DNA from: a virus
Lineage: Duplodnaviria > Caudoviricetes
Reading direction: 5' to 3' (one strand)
DNA length: 64,000 nt
IMG/VR virus record: IMGVR_UViG_3300029983_000020
Location: 2,209 to 66,208 of that record
A program made the position numbers and the translations under genes. This document shows positions 28,801-38,692 of this stretch, piece by piece. Every line of letters starts with the position of its first letter. The stretch's first letter is position 1. The notes below the pieces were generated by a model. The model worked only from the letters and a program-made list of their open reading frames with translations. It searched no databases and had not been told where the DNA came from.

Positions 28801-30643
28801 TAAAGCAGAAGAACGTGCCAAACAAAAAAGAGACAACCCCTTTGAAAATAAAGAAGAAGATTTTTATCCTACTTTACATGAAAGTGATTTAAAAGATGCT
28901 TACCTTGAAAGAAAATTCGGAATTAAAAGAGAAGAACATGAAATTCCTGTCTTCAAAAAAGACATAGTCGCTATAGTTAAAGATGATATGCTAAAAGAAA
29001 TTCCTATCTTCAAAAATCCAAAAAATCTAAATGACTATGACAAGGATGTCCGTGCTATAGCAGATGAAAATGGAAACTTATATGTTGCATTTCAAAATAG
29101 ATTATTTAACCATGGCGCAATGGGCAATGCATTAATGGATGCTGAAGAAATTAAAACAAAGAAATATAATGAACTTGCAAGAACGTCGTCATCTGCAAGC
29201 GGTGTATATGACGATCAAAAGCATTTCTTGTTATTAGAACGAATGGGAAGTAGTAATACTTTTATAGGAAGTGATGTATTTGAATGGGTTGGAGGAGAAA
29301 CTGAACGTATGATTAAAAAACTTAAGACTAAAAATCCTCAATTCAAATATAAGCTTCCAGAATTTGAAGAAGATTATGATGAAATTGATGAAAGTTTAAC
29401 ATTTTATCCTCGATTAAATGAGTCTCCTGATGAAGTATGGACACCAGCAGCTAAACTTGCAGGTGATAATTTATCATACAATAATTCAGATGCATATGCT
29501 TTTAAATATTCTTATGGTGAATTCTTCATAGGAAAGGCGAGGGGCACCCATAGCGACCTTCGTTGGAATCAACCTTCCGATGATGGGCATGGCATACACG
29601 ATAATGAATATTATGAAGGTAGAATATGGACTAAACATAAAGTTATATCATTCTGGACATATCCTCCTATTGAAATTTTTAAGATTATTATTAAAAGTTT
29701 AGAAGATCGATTAAGTATAAAAATATTTGCTGATCCAAAATGGCTTGTTGAAGTTGTAAAACAGAATGGCGAAATATGTACAGATACATATGATAAGACT
29801 GGAAATGATATTTGGAATACAATCGATGACGACGGTTTTGGCGTAACGGAGTTAGAATATTACACTGTCGAATTTATCCATCCGAAAGATTATATTGGAA
29901 GCAAAGATCATTCAGAACGGGTTCAGCATGAATTATCTCCTTTGCTTAAAAAATCAAAAGAAGTTCCGGCTGGTTTTGGTTCTAAACATCCAGAAGCTGA
30001 ACATCAATTTAAGAAAAAAATGGGGGCTCCATTTGAAAGTTCAGAAGAAGATGAATATCCTCGTTTATTCGAAGCTCGCTTAAAGAAAAATTATGATATT
30101 CAGAAAAGTGAACAACACTTAACACCTGATATTTTGACACAAGAGCTTCAAAATCTTCTTAACAATAAAGAATTTCTTCAGTGGGCAGGAGTTATTACGA
30201 TGAATGATCCGAATTATACGCCATCAAAAGAAGAATTAATTGACGGATATTGTGAATTAATTGTTGGATATATTTTCTTAAAATATCCTGCAGCAAAAGA
30301 AGATGGCTTTAGTTATGAGCATATTTACTTTACTAAACCGCATAATTATTATCAAGAGAACCCGCACACATATATTACTTATAATAACATGTATTATGAT
30401 GGGTATAATGTTAATGGAGTAGATAAAATATGGAAACTTAAATTCATGGAAAAATTCGTGACAGACGAAGCAAAAGCAGGAAAATATGATAATCAAAATG
30501 GCTTTATTTCAAGTGATATCTTTATTTTACCTGCACACTTTCAGCATATAGGTGGCAGATATGATAAGTATACTTTGCCGCCAGTTATAAAACGTTCTGT
30601 AAGAATGCATATTCCGAAAGTCTGTGGAATAGACATGTGGTAA
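25895..30643 (+). CDS. Tandem-module polyprotein, putative internal head protein processed by the prohead protease
   Basis: Six homologous ~200-aa modules (Y.GR.W...ISFW.YP) plus two unrelated ones, joined by SPLLK..K.VP.GFGSKHP..E...K.K..APFE...YP.L.E|S linkers. Confidence 0.7.
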   Translation: MQKLFESPDGINGLRWNSSDSRCFGVYDGKLLISDKPVSHEDLKFEENLKDIRKNGLTFNRHTFEYAGRLWLSGKVISFWEYPDRDMLKKLISEIEQYFDINIWDNPEWKIEIIVDKYNNIQKGYKDEVKVIHKLIPIKSYLASKNQSEEDFNKEHTTSPMNKSEKEVTTGFGSKHPKSEERFKTKMQAPFESYYPRLNESPDNCALPPNAKCAEDGEQELSFRNSEALSFGYYKNKFYISDPGGKHYEIETKQGHQTRIDYKFAGRIWTNHKILSFWDYPSKTEFQQFARDLKKHTTSPGTPGIDILNDPDYLVEIVRNDEDEKILDGQAWYSNETHTDLISPKDYMGSDERSKEEIEKQHVISPLLKKQKEVPTGFGSKHPKAEERFKTKIQAPFENVEEKHYPRLFENPNAIYDTETGKTAMYNKDAMPFWYMGDIMHVGGIGSTHDTRLNYAGRLFFTQKIITFWHFPENKAVLNKVLSDIEKRLNKTGKRDINFKRDGWKIEIPADDIFQKMKNGDSSNDKNWGNWSPSVTEQKFIDIDDYNGEYERSTDELKQDHVISPLLKKYKIVPIGVGSKHINVEQKFKEKMQAPFESYYPRLNESPDIINVDGKFYQYNEKITIPFSVTVNDNKIVDVKVGACAKSHGDAKIQYNSRINFYQQYHGRLYTTPKVITFWKYPEKSDMVIIIRMIENKIKKKIFGNNWRLEFYNFDIENENNSTFVSIDEYLKNDMKSEDVSDKEYQEHLKSPLLKKQKTVPIGFGSKHPEAEQKFKEKMNAPFESYYPHLNESPDEISAGKYKGMDWYMSANNAFGYVKGKFVITPNEGKHLDMEPGSRRSIGYPGRIWPELKIISFWTYPPNKKEFKKVIDDLIEATNINIWNDPAWKVEIIKNKKTGKEIDGLENFEEGLTYGAWAESWKAKSSIVNVKNYTGSEDQSEEAQNKEHVISPLLKNQKEVPAGFGSKHPKAEERAKQKRDNPFENKEEDFYPTLHESDLKDAYLERKFGIKREEHEIPVFKKDIVAIVKDDMLKEIPIFKNPKNLNDYDKDVRAIADENGNLYVAFQNRLFNHGAMGNALMDAEEIKTKKYNELARTSSSASGVYDDQKHFLLLERMGSSNTFIGSDVFEWVGGETERMIKKLKTKNPQFKYKLPEFEEDYDEIDESLTFYPRLNESPDEVWTPAAKLAGDNLSYNNSDAYAFKYSYGEFFIGKARGTHSDLRWNQPSDDGHGIHDNEYYEGRIWTKHKVISFWTYPPIEIFKIIIKSLEDRLSIKIFADPKWLVEVVKQNGEICTDTYDKTGNDIWNTIDDDGFGVTELEYYTVEFIHPKDYIGSKDHSERVQHELSPLLKKSKEVPAGFGSKHPEAEHQFKKKMGAPFESSEEDEYPRLFEARLKKNYDIQKSEQHLTPDILTQELQNLLNNKEFLQWAGVITMNDPNYTPSKEELIDGYCELIVGYIFLKYPAAKEDGFSYEHIYFTKPHNYYQENPHTYITYNNMYYDGYNVNGVDKIWKLKFMEKFVTDEAKAGKYDNQNGFISSDIFILPAHFQHIGGRYDKYTLPPVIKRSVRMHIPKVCGIDMW

Positions 30644-30666
30644 AATTAATTTTTAATATACAATAC

Positions 30667-30691
30667 AAGGAGGCAAATTTGCCTCCTTTTG
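30667..30691 (+). terminator. Intrinsic terminator
   Basis: AAGGAGGCAA/TTGCCTCCTT stem followed by a T-tract. Confidence 0.75.
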
Positions 30692-30700
30692 TTTTTGGAA

Positions 30701-30715
30701 GATATATAAATAAAA
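30701..30715 (+). promoter_or_regulatory. Putative late promoter GATATATAAATAAAA
   Basis: Contains TATAAATA; upstream of the baseplate genes. Confidence 0.65.
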
Positions 30716-30724
30716 TCACTTTAT

Positions 30725-31087
30725 ATGATACGCGACATTTATACACGAAATCCCGAAGACCCTAATTATGTTTATGGTGTTTTAGAGCATTCAGACGTCG
30801 TTGAATCAATTATAACGAAAATAAAAATGATATTAGGCACCAGTGCCGGTCAAGTATTTGGTGATTTAGGATTCGGAATTGGCATAGAAGATTTGATATT
30901 TGAAACAAAAATCAATAAAAAAGATTTAGAAGAAAAGATACAAATACAATTTGACCGTTATATTTCAGAAACATCTGATTACAAAATAACTGCTTCAGTC
31001 TCATTTGGAAAAGCTGATGGATACGATTATGCTGTAATAGATATTTATATTTCAGGCGAAAAAATTATAGGAATGCTTATAAAATAA
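30725..31087 (+). CDS. Baseplate wedge protein (gp25-like)
   Basis: IKMILGT..GQVFGDLGFGIGIEDLIFE, 120 aa, directly before the gp6-like gene. Confidence 0.75.
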   Translation: MIRDIYTRNPEDPNYVYGVLEHSDVVESIITKIKMILGTSAGQVFGDLGFGIGIEDLIFETKINKKDLEEKIQIQFDRYISETSDYKITASVSFGKADGYDYAVIDIYISGEKIIGMLIK

Positions 31088-31098
31088 TATAATAAAAA

Positions 31099-32994
31099 AT
31101 GGAAATTTTTGATACCACGCGTGTTAGATTCTCAGAACTTTATCAAGATGCGTTAACGTTTATTAAAGAAAGTTATGGAGATCTCGGACAATATTTTTCA
31201 TTGGCCTCACCAATGGGACAACTCTTACAGATTATTCTTGGATATGGACGTATGATATTGTTTTACAATGAAGATTCAATTACTGAATTAAACATTGGAA
31301 CAGCTACTCGTCCTGCAAATATAAAAGGACTTATAACTCTTACAGGACATAATCCATCAAGAGCAATATCAGCCCGGGGCACTTTAATTTTTAACTATAA
31401 TGGAACTAAATTGCCACAAGGAATGCAAACAATTGCAATTCCAAATTATACTCAGATAACAAATAATCAAAATGGCTTAACATACACTATAGTTTTACCA
31501 GGCGAAGAATTGCTTTTCAACTTAACGAATATAGTTAATCAAGTTGAAGCAAACATACTTCAAGGAAAATTAGAATATCAACAGGCAACTGGAACAGGAG
31601 ACCCTCTTCAATCATTTAATTTTCAAAATAAAAAGGGCGCATTCATTGATAATTATTATGTTAATGTATTTGTTAATGGAGAGAAATGGAGCACTGTAGA
31701 TTCTATTATAGATATGACATTTGACCAAAAGGCTGTCATGGTAAAAACTGGGCAAACTGGCGGAATAGATTTATTTTTTGGAAATGGTTACAATGGAGCA
31801 GTTGCGCCCATGGGCTCAACGATTTTGGTTGAATATCTTATAACGGATGGTGAGTCAGGAAATTTAAGCGCAATGGCAAATAACTTAAACAATAGTTGGA
31901 GTTTTGCTTCTACTGGTTATCTTCCCAATAATGAACAAATTGATTTAAACAAATATTTATCAGCCTCTATTAAACACGAAATCATGTTTGGAGCTCCTGA
32001 AGAACCTCTTTATTTGTCACGTTTATTAGGACCTAAAGTTTCAAGAAGTTTCGTTCTTGCTAATGAAAATAATTACATTTATTTTTTACGAAAATTAAAT
32101 ATTTTTACAATTATAGATGCTATTCCAGGGTTTGCTACATTTGAGGATAAATTTGTTCTTGATAAATACACTCAATTCAAAAATCAACAAGAACAACTAA
32201 CATCCGAGTATCGTACACTATCAGCTACTTTTGGAGTTGATTCAACTCAAGCTGCTGCGAAAAAAGTTCAACTAGATAATGTAACTTCTCAAGTTAATTA
32301 TTATCAAACTCGAGTAGAAGATCAGAAAAAAGATGATAACACAGTTTATTTATTTTTAGTACCGGATGTAACAAAAAGAATATCTGCAAATGATAATTAT
32401 TTCACTTGCCCGCTATCTTCATTTATCTTAACGAATACAGAAAAACTTGCAATATTGGATTTAATCGAGCAAAGTGGCCAACGAATTTTAACCGTGGATA
32501 ATGTAATTTTAGATTTAATGTTTCCTAAATTTACATTAAATATGTCACTTATATTGTGGGAGGGCACATCATATGATACAGTTAGACAATCAATAATTTC
32601 AATTACATCGGATTATTTCTTAAAAAATACAAGAAGAGACAGAATTCCAGTTTCAGATTTGATTAAAATTATCGAAGGTGTAGATGGGGTAGATTCTGTT
32701 AATGTTTGGTTTGATGCTGACAAAAATAATTTAAACATTTATAAAACATTTTATGGGATAGACGATTATGGTGATATCATTCTAGAAAGATATGTAAAAG
32801 ATGCATTTGGTAATGATGTAGCTGTAAAAGATTTATACCCATTAATAAGAGGAAATTTTGAAAATGCCCAAGGAACTTTTTATGAAGATAGCTTAGTAAA
32901 AAATAAATTATCAAATTTAAATATACAAGTTAGAGGGTATACAAGAAAAAATCTTAACTCAGAACACAACGCAGCTATTTTAAATAATTTATAA
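31099..32994 (+). CDS. Baseplate wedge subunit (T4 gp6-like)
   Basis: TA.R..NI..L..LTGHNPSRAISARG, FFGNGYNG..P..GS.I.VEYL.TDG..GN and DLIKIIEGVDGVDSV motifs. Confidence 0.8.
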   Translation: MEIFDTTRVRFSELYQDALTFIKESYGDLGQYFSLASPMGQLLQIILGYGRMILFYNEDSITELNIGTATRPANIKGLITLTGHNPSRAISARGTLIFNYNGTKLPQGMQTIAIPNYTQITNNQNGLTYTIVLPGEELLFNLTNIVNQVEANILQGKLEYQQATGTGDPLQSFNFQNKKGAFIDNYYVNVFVNGEKWSTVDSIIDMTFDQKAVMVKTGQTGGIDLFFGNGYNGAVAPMGSTILVEYLITDGESGNLSAMANNLNNSWSFASTGYLPNNEQIDLNKYLSASIKHEIMFGAPEEPLYLSRLLGPKVSRSFVLANENNYIYFLRKLNIFTIIDAIPGFATFEDKFVLDKYTQFKNQQEQLTSEYRTLSATFGVDSTQAAAKKVQLDNVTSQVNYYQTRVEDQKKDDNTVYLFLVPDVTKRISANDNYFTCPLSSFILTNTEKLAILDLIEQSGQRILTVDNVILDLMFPKFTLNMSLILWEGTSYDTVRQSIISITSDYFLKNTRRDRIPVSDLIKIIEGVDGVDSVNVWFDADKNNLNIYKTFYGIDDYGDIILERYVKDAFGNDVAVKDLYPLIRGNFENAQGTFYEDSLVKNKLSNLNIQVRGYTRKNLNSEHNAAILNNL

Positions 32995-32995
32995 A

Positions 32996-33268
32996 ATGGA
33001 CACTAGCACAAGAAGAAAACGATATACGATAAGGCCCTCATATTATTATGCTGCAAAGCATTTTAATGATGTATTTCTCAATATGGGATTTGATTACAAG
33101 GGTCAACTTATTAAAAAGGGAAGTTCACCAGAACTTCATGCAAATCCATTAAATGAATCTTTATTTAGCACTCTCGATTCAATGCTTTATTTTTTAATTG
33201 AGCACACTAAAACCGTTAAAAAATGGTTTTCAATTGCGCACTCAAAGGATAGCCTTAATATAAATTAA
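32996..33268 (+). CDS. Hypothetical baseplate-cluster protein
   Basis: Tightly packed ORF between baseplate genes. Confidence 0.55.
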   Translation: MDTSTRRKRYTIRPSYYYAAKHFNDVFLNMGFDYKGQLIKKGSSPELHANPLNESLFSTLDSMLYFLIEHTKTVKKWFSIAHSKDSLNIN

Positions 33269-33271
33269 ACT

Positions 33272-36200
33272 ATGAATATTCAGAATTGGAAATTATTTGA
33301 CGCAAAAGGCTCAAATATAAATTGGACTCCAAGCCCTATATTACCTCTCGTTATTACTTCTCCTACTGGAAAAGATGCCGCAGGTTATTTAATAACAAAT
33401 TCAAGCACTTTAGTAGAAGGTGTTTGCATAACTAATGGTGGAGTCTTATATGATAATGACGATGTAACTCTTGCATATGATTATGCATATGAGGGAGTTG
33501 TTACGCCTTTTGATGCTTCAATTATCTATAAAGCTATTCCTATTTTTGGCTCGGCATATCCTTTAGTGAATTACGTCGATATTTCTACTAACATGGTTTA
33601 CACAAACAGTATAAGCGAAATAGTTTTAGATATTTCTTCTTATGTAGAAACTAATAAATACGGAACTTTATATAATTTCTTTGCAGCAACAGACCCTAGT
33701 TTAATAGCAAATACTGGATGGCAAGTTCCTTTAGAAACAGATGTTCAAACGTTGAGTCTATATTTAGGAGGAGTGTCCACTTCAACAAATTACGGAGCAG
33801 TTGGTGGTAGATTAAAAGAAACAGGAAATACTTACTGGAATGCTAACATAGGAGCAATAAATGACACTAATTTTTCAATGCGTGGAGGCGGAACAAGAAG
33901 TCCTCTTGATGGTTCATTTTCCGAAAAAAATATCAATGGTTATTTCTGGACAACTACAATATCATCAAGCACAAATGCATTAGCAGCACACTGTAGTAAT
34001 TCAGGAACTACACTTTATAAAGATAATGAATTAAAAACTAGAGCATACTCTATAAAATTACGAAAAACTACTCCAAGTGCTGCAGATTTATTAAAAGCTG
34101 ATGGAGAAGAATGTGACCCATATATTGGTAATAATGGCAAGACATACAGGACTGTAAAAATAGGAACACAAGTATGGCTAGCTGATATGCTAAACGAAAC
34201 CTTGTTTAGAGATGGCTCACAAATTAAAATAGTCACTGATGCTTCCGAGTGGACTCACATGGGAAATCATGCATATTGCTTTTATGACAATGATATTAAC
34301 AATGCATTTGTAGATGTTTCAATATATAATGATTTTTCAAAAAGCTTTGTTTATCCTTCAGTTACTTTTGCTGCAGCTGTTTTTCTTAAACCAGTTTCAC
34401 AGGGGCTTGTTGAAACTGAGCAAATATATATTTTTGAACAAGATCTTGAACAATATATAAGACCTTATGATGTAGATAACAATTTAATTTATTTTGAATT
34501 TATTGGGGATGATAATGAAATTCAATTCTTTGATGTAGATGAAGATAAAGTAGAAATCACATGGTCAAGTGTTGTAGGATTTGATCTATCAACTATAGTA
34601 TTAGATACTCCTATTCAGCTTAACATTGGATTTAAATCTGATTATGAAGGAGTATTTGAGCGCACCATTAGAGTTTATCACTTAATAGACGGTGTACTTT
34701 ATATACTTGGAGAAATCGTTGTTAATGCTGAAGCAATTGGTGAAGATGAACGATTCAGAACTCTTTTAACTAATTTTGGATTACCTGACCCAAAAGACAT
34801 GAAAGATGTGTTTAAAGAAACTGACATCAATGAAGATTTGCCAGATTGGGAAATCTTGAATTACAAGTCAAAACAAATGATTCTTGAACATGATAAAATC
34901 ATGCCATTTGTGGGCACATACAAAGGATTAATAAATGCTATTAAATGGTTAGGATATGATGATATTTTTATAAAGGAATGGTTTTTGAATGTAAAAGATC
35001 ATACAAAATTAGCAATTTTAGTTTCTTATGATGCAAAAGATAGAACGCAAACAATGCTTCAATTTAATGCAGAACAAAGAAAAACTCTTAAAAAACTAAA
35101 TCAGTTATCTCTTCATTATTGTATTACAAGAGAAACCGGAACCATCGATGAATGGGGAACTCCAGAAACAGAAAATTGTTATACATATAATTTAAAGGAA
35201 GTGTTTGTTAAACTCTTAGGGCTTAAAAAATGGCTTGAACTAAATATCATTGGAATCAATTGTCGCATAACTGATTTAACTGGAGAAGGAGTTTATTTTG
35301 AAAGAGTTCAAAATCTTATTTATGAAACTGATAATATTGGGTACAATTATAGTGTAGAACAAACTTTGACACCTTATAGTCCTGATGAAACATCAGAATT
35401 AATTACGGGAGATGCTAGCATAAGACTAACATTTTTAGAATTATCAAGAACTCGAGTAATGGATTTGCCATATAGGTTTAAAGATATGGCCGAGTTTGCA
35501 TGGAATCCTAAAGATCCTTGTGTTAACAAATATTATGAATTAGATTCATCTTCTTATTTAGCAGACCCAAGTAGTTTTTTATTAGTTGGCGCGACATTCC
35601 AATATCCATTTGTAAATATTTCAGATATCGCTTGGAAACTTTCTCTTGAAAATAAAAACGCCGCAGTTGTAGGAAATACATTAGTAACAAATCCTTTATT
35701 CATTTTAGATAATGATATAAGATTTTATGACATTTTTGATTCATCATCTGTGTTTCATAATTCTTCCACTAATTTAACGGTGATGTTAGAAAAAGCTTAT
35801 TTAAGAGACCCTTCTATAGATGAATGGACAAATTCAATTGCTTATTCAATTTATCCAATGACTGATACAAGCTCTGGAAATTATGCATTAGAATCTTCCA
35901 CAGGCGTTATAAATTATTTTGATGATTATGTTACATTTACACCAGATGCTTCTGGAAGACTCCAGTATGCGATAGATTTGAATTATAGGGTACCTTTATT
36001 AAGCATGAAATATTTCAGCTCAACAACTGTGGATGGCTCTACGTACAATTTTAGTGATAAAGAGTATTATTTAGATATTCTAGATGGAAAAATTGCAATG
36101 AATGCAAAAAATGTGTTAGGTTCTCAGGATAATACAGTATCTTATATTAATTGGAATTATGACACAAGTTTAATTGAGCAAAAAATAACTTCAAATATAA

Positions 36201-38620
36201 TAGTTACATCTCCAAGAATGGAACTTTGGAGAGTTGACCCAAGTATCTATTATTGGGCAGATCCATCAGGATTGACTGGTGGCAATGTAAATTCATTGGC
36301 AGTTGATAACAGTATTTATATTATGCACGTTAATCATATTGGAGATTATAACGTGGAACTATATGCATGGGATGGATATAACACATTATTTCATAATATT
36401 GCGAAAGAAACTTACCCAGTATTTATTAAAGCTCCTACTATTTACACTCTCATTGACCAATCTTGTAATACGACATGTGCAAGTACATTTATGACTGGCG
36501 GTAGGGATTCATTTCCTTCTAAAATTGTTAATTTAGTTGATTATTCTCTTTATTTATCTGATAAATTATTTGCTATCGATACTCCTATTGGCAGAATTGA
36601 AGTAGGTTTTCTATTAGATTCGTTTAGCACAAATTTATCCATATTCAATTCAATAAATCCTTTAGATATAAATCTTAATTATTTCGATATCAAATATCTG
36701 AACGGCTTAATTTATATTGTGATTATAGGCAATGAAGTTACTGTAAGTACAGCAGGGTTTGATTCTACCTCGATAGATATGATTGACGGCACATATTATG
36801 CGACTGGATTATATGAAGTTAATACACTTGTTTCACAACATCCTTATCCTATTTATGATAGACCAATACCTTTAGAGGGATTAACATTGAATATTGATAG
36901 TGATGGTAATCCTTTTATTAAAGTTCCATCAATTACATATTTTCAAGATGTTCCAAGGCCAAATTCGATTAATAAATTTTATAATTTAACAGAACGAATC
37001 AAAACTATAGGAGCTTCTCAAGTAATCGTAGATTGTGATTATCAATCATTTAATTCAGGGGACACTATTGCTTTAGTATCATTTGATAAAGGAAAATATT
37101 CACTTACTAGTGAAAACATTTATGAGGTTTCTACTGCTACAGGTTCACCTAATGATAGAACTCTTACATTAAGTACTCCTGTTTCTGAAGTTATTGATAT
37201 TTCAACCGATGTATATGCTATAAATCAAACTTTAAGAGGTGTATTTAATTACGGAAATGTAAGTGATAATTTTGTAGCTGATATTTCAGGTTACATATTT
37301 TCAGTTGGTCAGAATGTAGCAATTATTGTTACTCATACAAATGGATATGATTGGGGCAGTACGTACACGGTCATTGATATTTCAGGAAACACCCATACTT
37401 TTGATAAATCTTTACCTGATTTTTTCTTAAATCCAACGTATTACACGTTAGAAGCAAAACACGCATTTACAACATATTCTGAAATGCAAATGACAACTAT
37501 TTCAGCTACAGAAGTTGTGAATGAATTTAACATATACATGGGTGATTCTGCATGTCAAGAATACTATCTCGATAATACATTTACGATGGTGAACATTTTA
37601 TTTGATCAAGATATTCCTAATCAACAATGGTATAGCGCTTCAGATAATTTAATACATTCAAATTTTTACTATTACACTGAACCTATTGTGGTAGACATAA
37701 GCACGCTAGTAATTCTTAGAGCAATCTACGACCCGTCAACTTATTTATTAAATCAAAAAAATATATGGGAAGTGATTAATCATGATTCAAGCACAATACT
37801 TTTTAAAGTATTTAATGAATCTGTTCCTTATATTTTTGATACGCCTGGGATATATGATATTGAATGTATGGCGTATGATAGTTTCGGAAATGCAATTACT
37901 AAAAAATATGAGGGGCTTCTTCAAGTAAATGATGTCGAAACAATTATTATTCCGCCTGTTCCAGTTCCAACTCCTATTAAATATGGAGCTTTATATAATT
38001 GGTATACAGGAACCGATATTAAAAATATTGCACCTTCTGGATGGAAAGTTCCTTCAAAATCTGATTTAGAAATATTAGTTGCATACTTAGGTGGGGATAC
38101 TGTTGCTGGTGGCAAAATAAAAGAAACTGGCACAACTTGGTGGGATGCGCCAAATACTGGAGCAACTAACGAAGCTTTACTTAATGTAAAGGGTTCTGGC
38201 GGTAGGGCAGGATTAACTGGTGGATTTGGAGATGGCGATAGAGAAATGGGAATTTCGTCGGGATTTTGGAGTAGTGACTTATATCCAGGTTACGGTGAAT
38301 TGAACGCTTGGTGCGTAGTTTGTGATGCATATTCTTCTGCACTTACACTTATAGTTAACTCAAAAAGAGATGGAATGCCTATTAGATTAATTAAAGAATC
38401 GACTAGTTTAATTAATGGCCAATCTGGCACAATGGTAAGTAATGATGGAAAAGTTATCAGAACGATATGTATAGGTACACAGGAATACACGGCGGATAAT
38501 ATTATTGATATTACATTTAAAACTGGAGACCCAGTTAAACTTGTAACGGATAATACTGAATGGAGTAATATGGGAGATCACGCATATTGTTTCTATGGAA
38601 ATGACCCTACTAACGGATAA
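33272..38620 (+). CDS. Large baseplate protein (gp7-like position) carrying two permuted Fib_succ_major domains and PKD-like segments
   Basis: GTYKGLINAIKWLGY..I.IKEW motif; FISUMP modules at ~33656-34309 and ~37979-38617; GDYNVELYAWD and PGIYDIECMAYDSFGN. Confidence 0.65.
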   Translation: MNIQNWKLFDAKGSNINWTPSPILPLVITSPTGKDAAGYLITNSSTLVEGVCITNGGVLYDNDDVTLAYDYAYEGVVTPFDASIIYKAIPIFGSAYPLVNYVDISTNMVYTNSISEIVLDISSYVETNKYGTLYNFFAATDPSLIANTGWQVPLETDVQTLSLYLGGVSTSTNYGAVGGRLKETGNTYWNANIGAINDTNFSMRGGGTRSPLDGSFSEKNINGYFWTTTISSSTNALAAHCSNSGTTLYKDNELKTRAYSIKLRKTTPSAADLLKADGEECDPYIGNNGKTYRTVKIGTQVWLADMLNETLFRDGSQIKIVTDASEWTHMGNHAYCFYDNDINNAFVDVSIYNDFSKSFVYPSVTFAAAVFLKPVSQGLVETEQIYIFEQDLEQYIRPYDVDNNLIYFEFIGDDNEIQFFDVDEDKVEITWSSVVGFDLSTIVLDTPIQLNIGFKSDYEGVFERTIRVYHLIDGVLYILGEIVVNAEAIGEDERFRTLLTNFGLPDPKDMKDVFKETDINEDLPDWEILNYKSKQMILEHDKIMPFVGTYKGLINAIKWLGYDDIFIKEWFLNVKDHTKLAILVSYDAKDRTQTMLQFNAEQRKTLKKLNQLSLHYCITRETGTIDEWGTPETENCYTYNLKEVFVKLLGLKKWLELNIIGINCRITDLTGEGVYFERVQNLIYETDNIGYNYSVEQTLTPYSPDETSELITGDASIRLTFLELSRTRVMDLPYRFKDMAEFAWNPKDPCVNKYYELDSSSYLADPSSFLLVGATFQYPFVNISDIAWKLSLENKNAAVVGNTLVTNPLFILDNDIRFYDIFDSSSVFHNSSTNLTVMLEKAYLRDPSIDEWTNSIAYSIYPMTDTSSGNYALESSTGVINYFDDYVTFTPDASGRLQYAIDLNYRVPLLSMKYFSSTTVDGSTYNFSDKEYYLDILDGKIAMNAKNVLGSQDNTVSYINWNYDTSLIEQKITSNIIVTSPRMELWRVDPSIYYWADPSGLTGGNVNSLAVDNSIYIMHVNHIGDYNVELYAWDGYNTLFHNIAKETYPVFIKAPTIYTLIDQSCNTTCASTFMTGGRDSFPSKIVNLVDYSLYLSDKLFAIDTPIGRIEVGFLLDSFSTNLSIFNSINPLDINLNYFDIKYLNGLIYIVIIGNEVTVSTAGFDSTSIDMIDGTYYATGLYEVNTLVSQHPYPIYDRPIPLEGLTLNIDSDGNPFIKVPSITYFQDVPRPNSINKFYNLTERIKTIGASQVIVDCDYQSFNSGDTIALVSFDKGKYSLTSENIYEVSTATGSPNDRTLTLSTPVSEVIDISTDVYAINQTLRGVFNYGNVSDNFVADISGYIFSVGQNVAIIVTHTNGYDWGSTYTVIDISGNTHTFDKSLPDFFLNPTYYTLEAKHAFTTYSEMQMTTISATEVVNEFNIYMGDSACQEYYLDNTFTMVNILFDQDIPNQQWYSASDNLIHSNFYYYTEPIVVDISTLVILRAIYDPSTYLLNQKNIWEVINHDSSTILFKVFNESVPYIFDTPGIYDIECMAYDSFGNAITKKYEGLLQVNDVETIIIPPVPVPTPIKYGALYNWYTGTDIKNIAPSGWKVPSKSDLEILVAYLGGDTVAGGKIKETGTTWWDAPNTGATNEALLNVKGSGGRAGLTGGFGDGDREMGISSGFWSSDLYPGYGELNAWCVVCDAYSSALTLIVNSKRDGMPIRLIKESTSLINGQSGTMVSNDGKVIRTICIGTQEYTADNIIDITFKTGDPVKLVTDNTEWSNMGDHAYCFYGNDPTNG

Positions 38621-38641
38621 CACAATAACACAATAACACAA
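38618..38641. repeat. Tandem repeat (TAACACAA)x3
   Basis: Seen directly, starting at the stop codon of 33272..38620. Confidence 0.85.
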
Positions 38642-38666
38642 AAGAACCCAAAATTTTGGGTCCTTT
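38641..38666. terminator. Probable bidirectional terminator between convergent genes
   Basis: AAAGAACCCAA-AATT-TTGGGTCCTTT imperfect inverted repeat. Confidence 0.6.
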
Positions 38667-38692
38667 AAAATATATTTTCAATGGCTTATGGT

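Noticed and set aside
26380-30040. Regularly spaced DNA repeats (GGTTTTGG.TC.AAACATCC) as CRISPR or mobile-element ends
   Set aside because: They are in-frame coding linkers ~600 nt apart with synonymous variation.
33656-38641. Diversity-generating retroelement targeting the FISUMP (C-type-lectin-like) domains
   Set aside because: No reverse transcriptase in the window, and the similar FISUMP ends differ at all base types rather than only at adenines, so there is no TR/VR pair.
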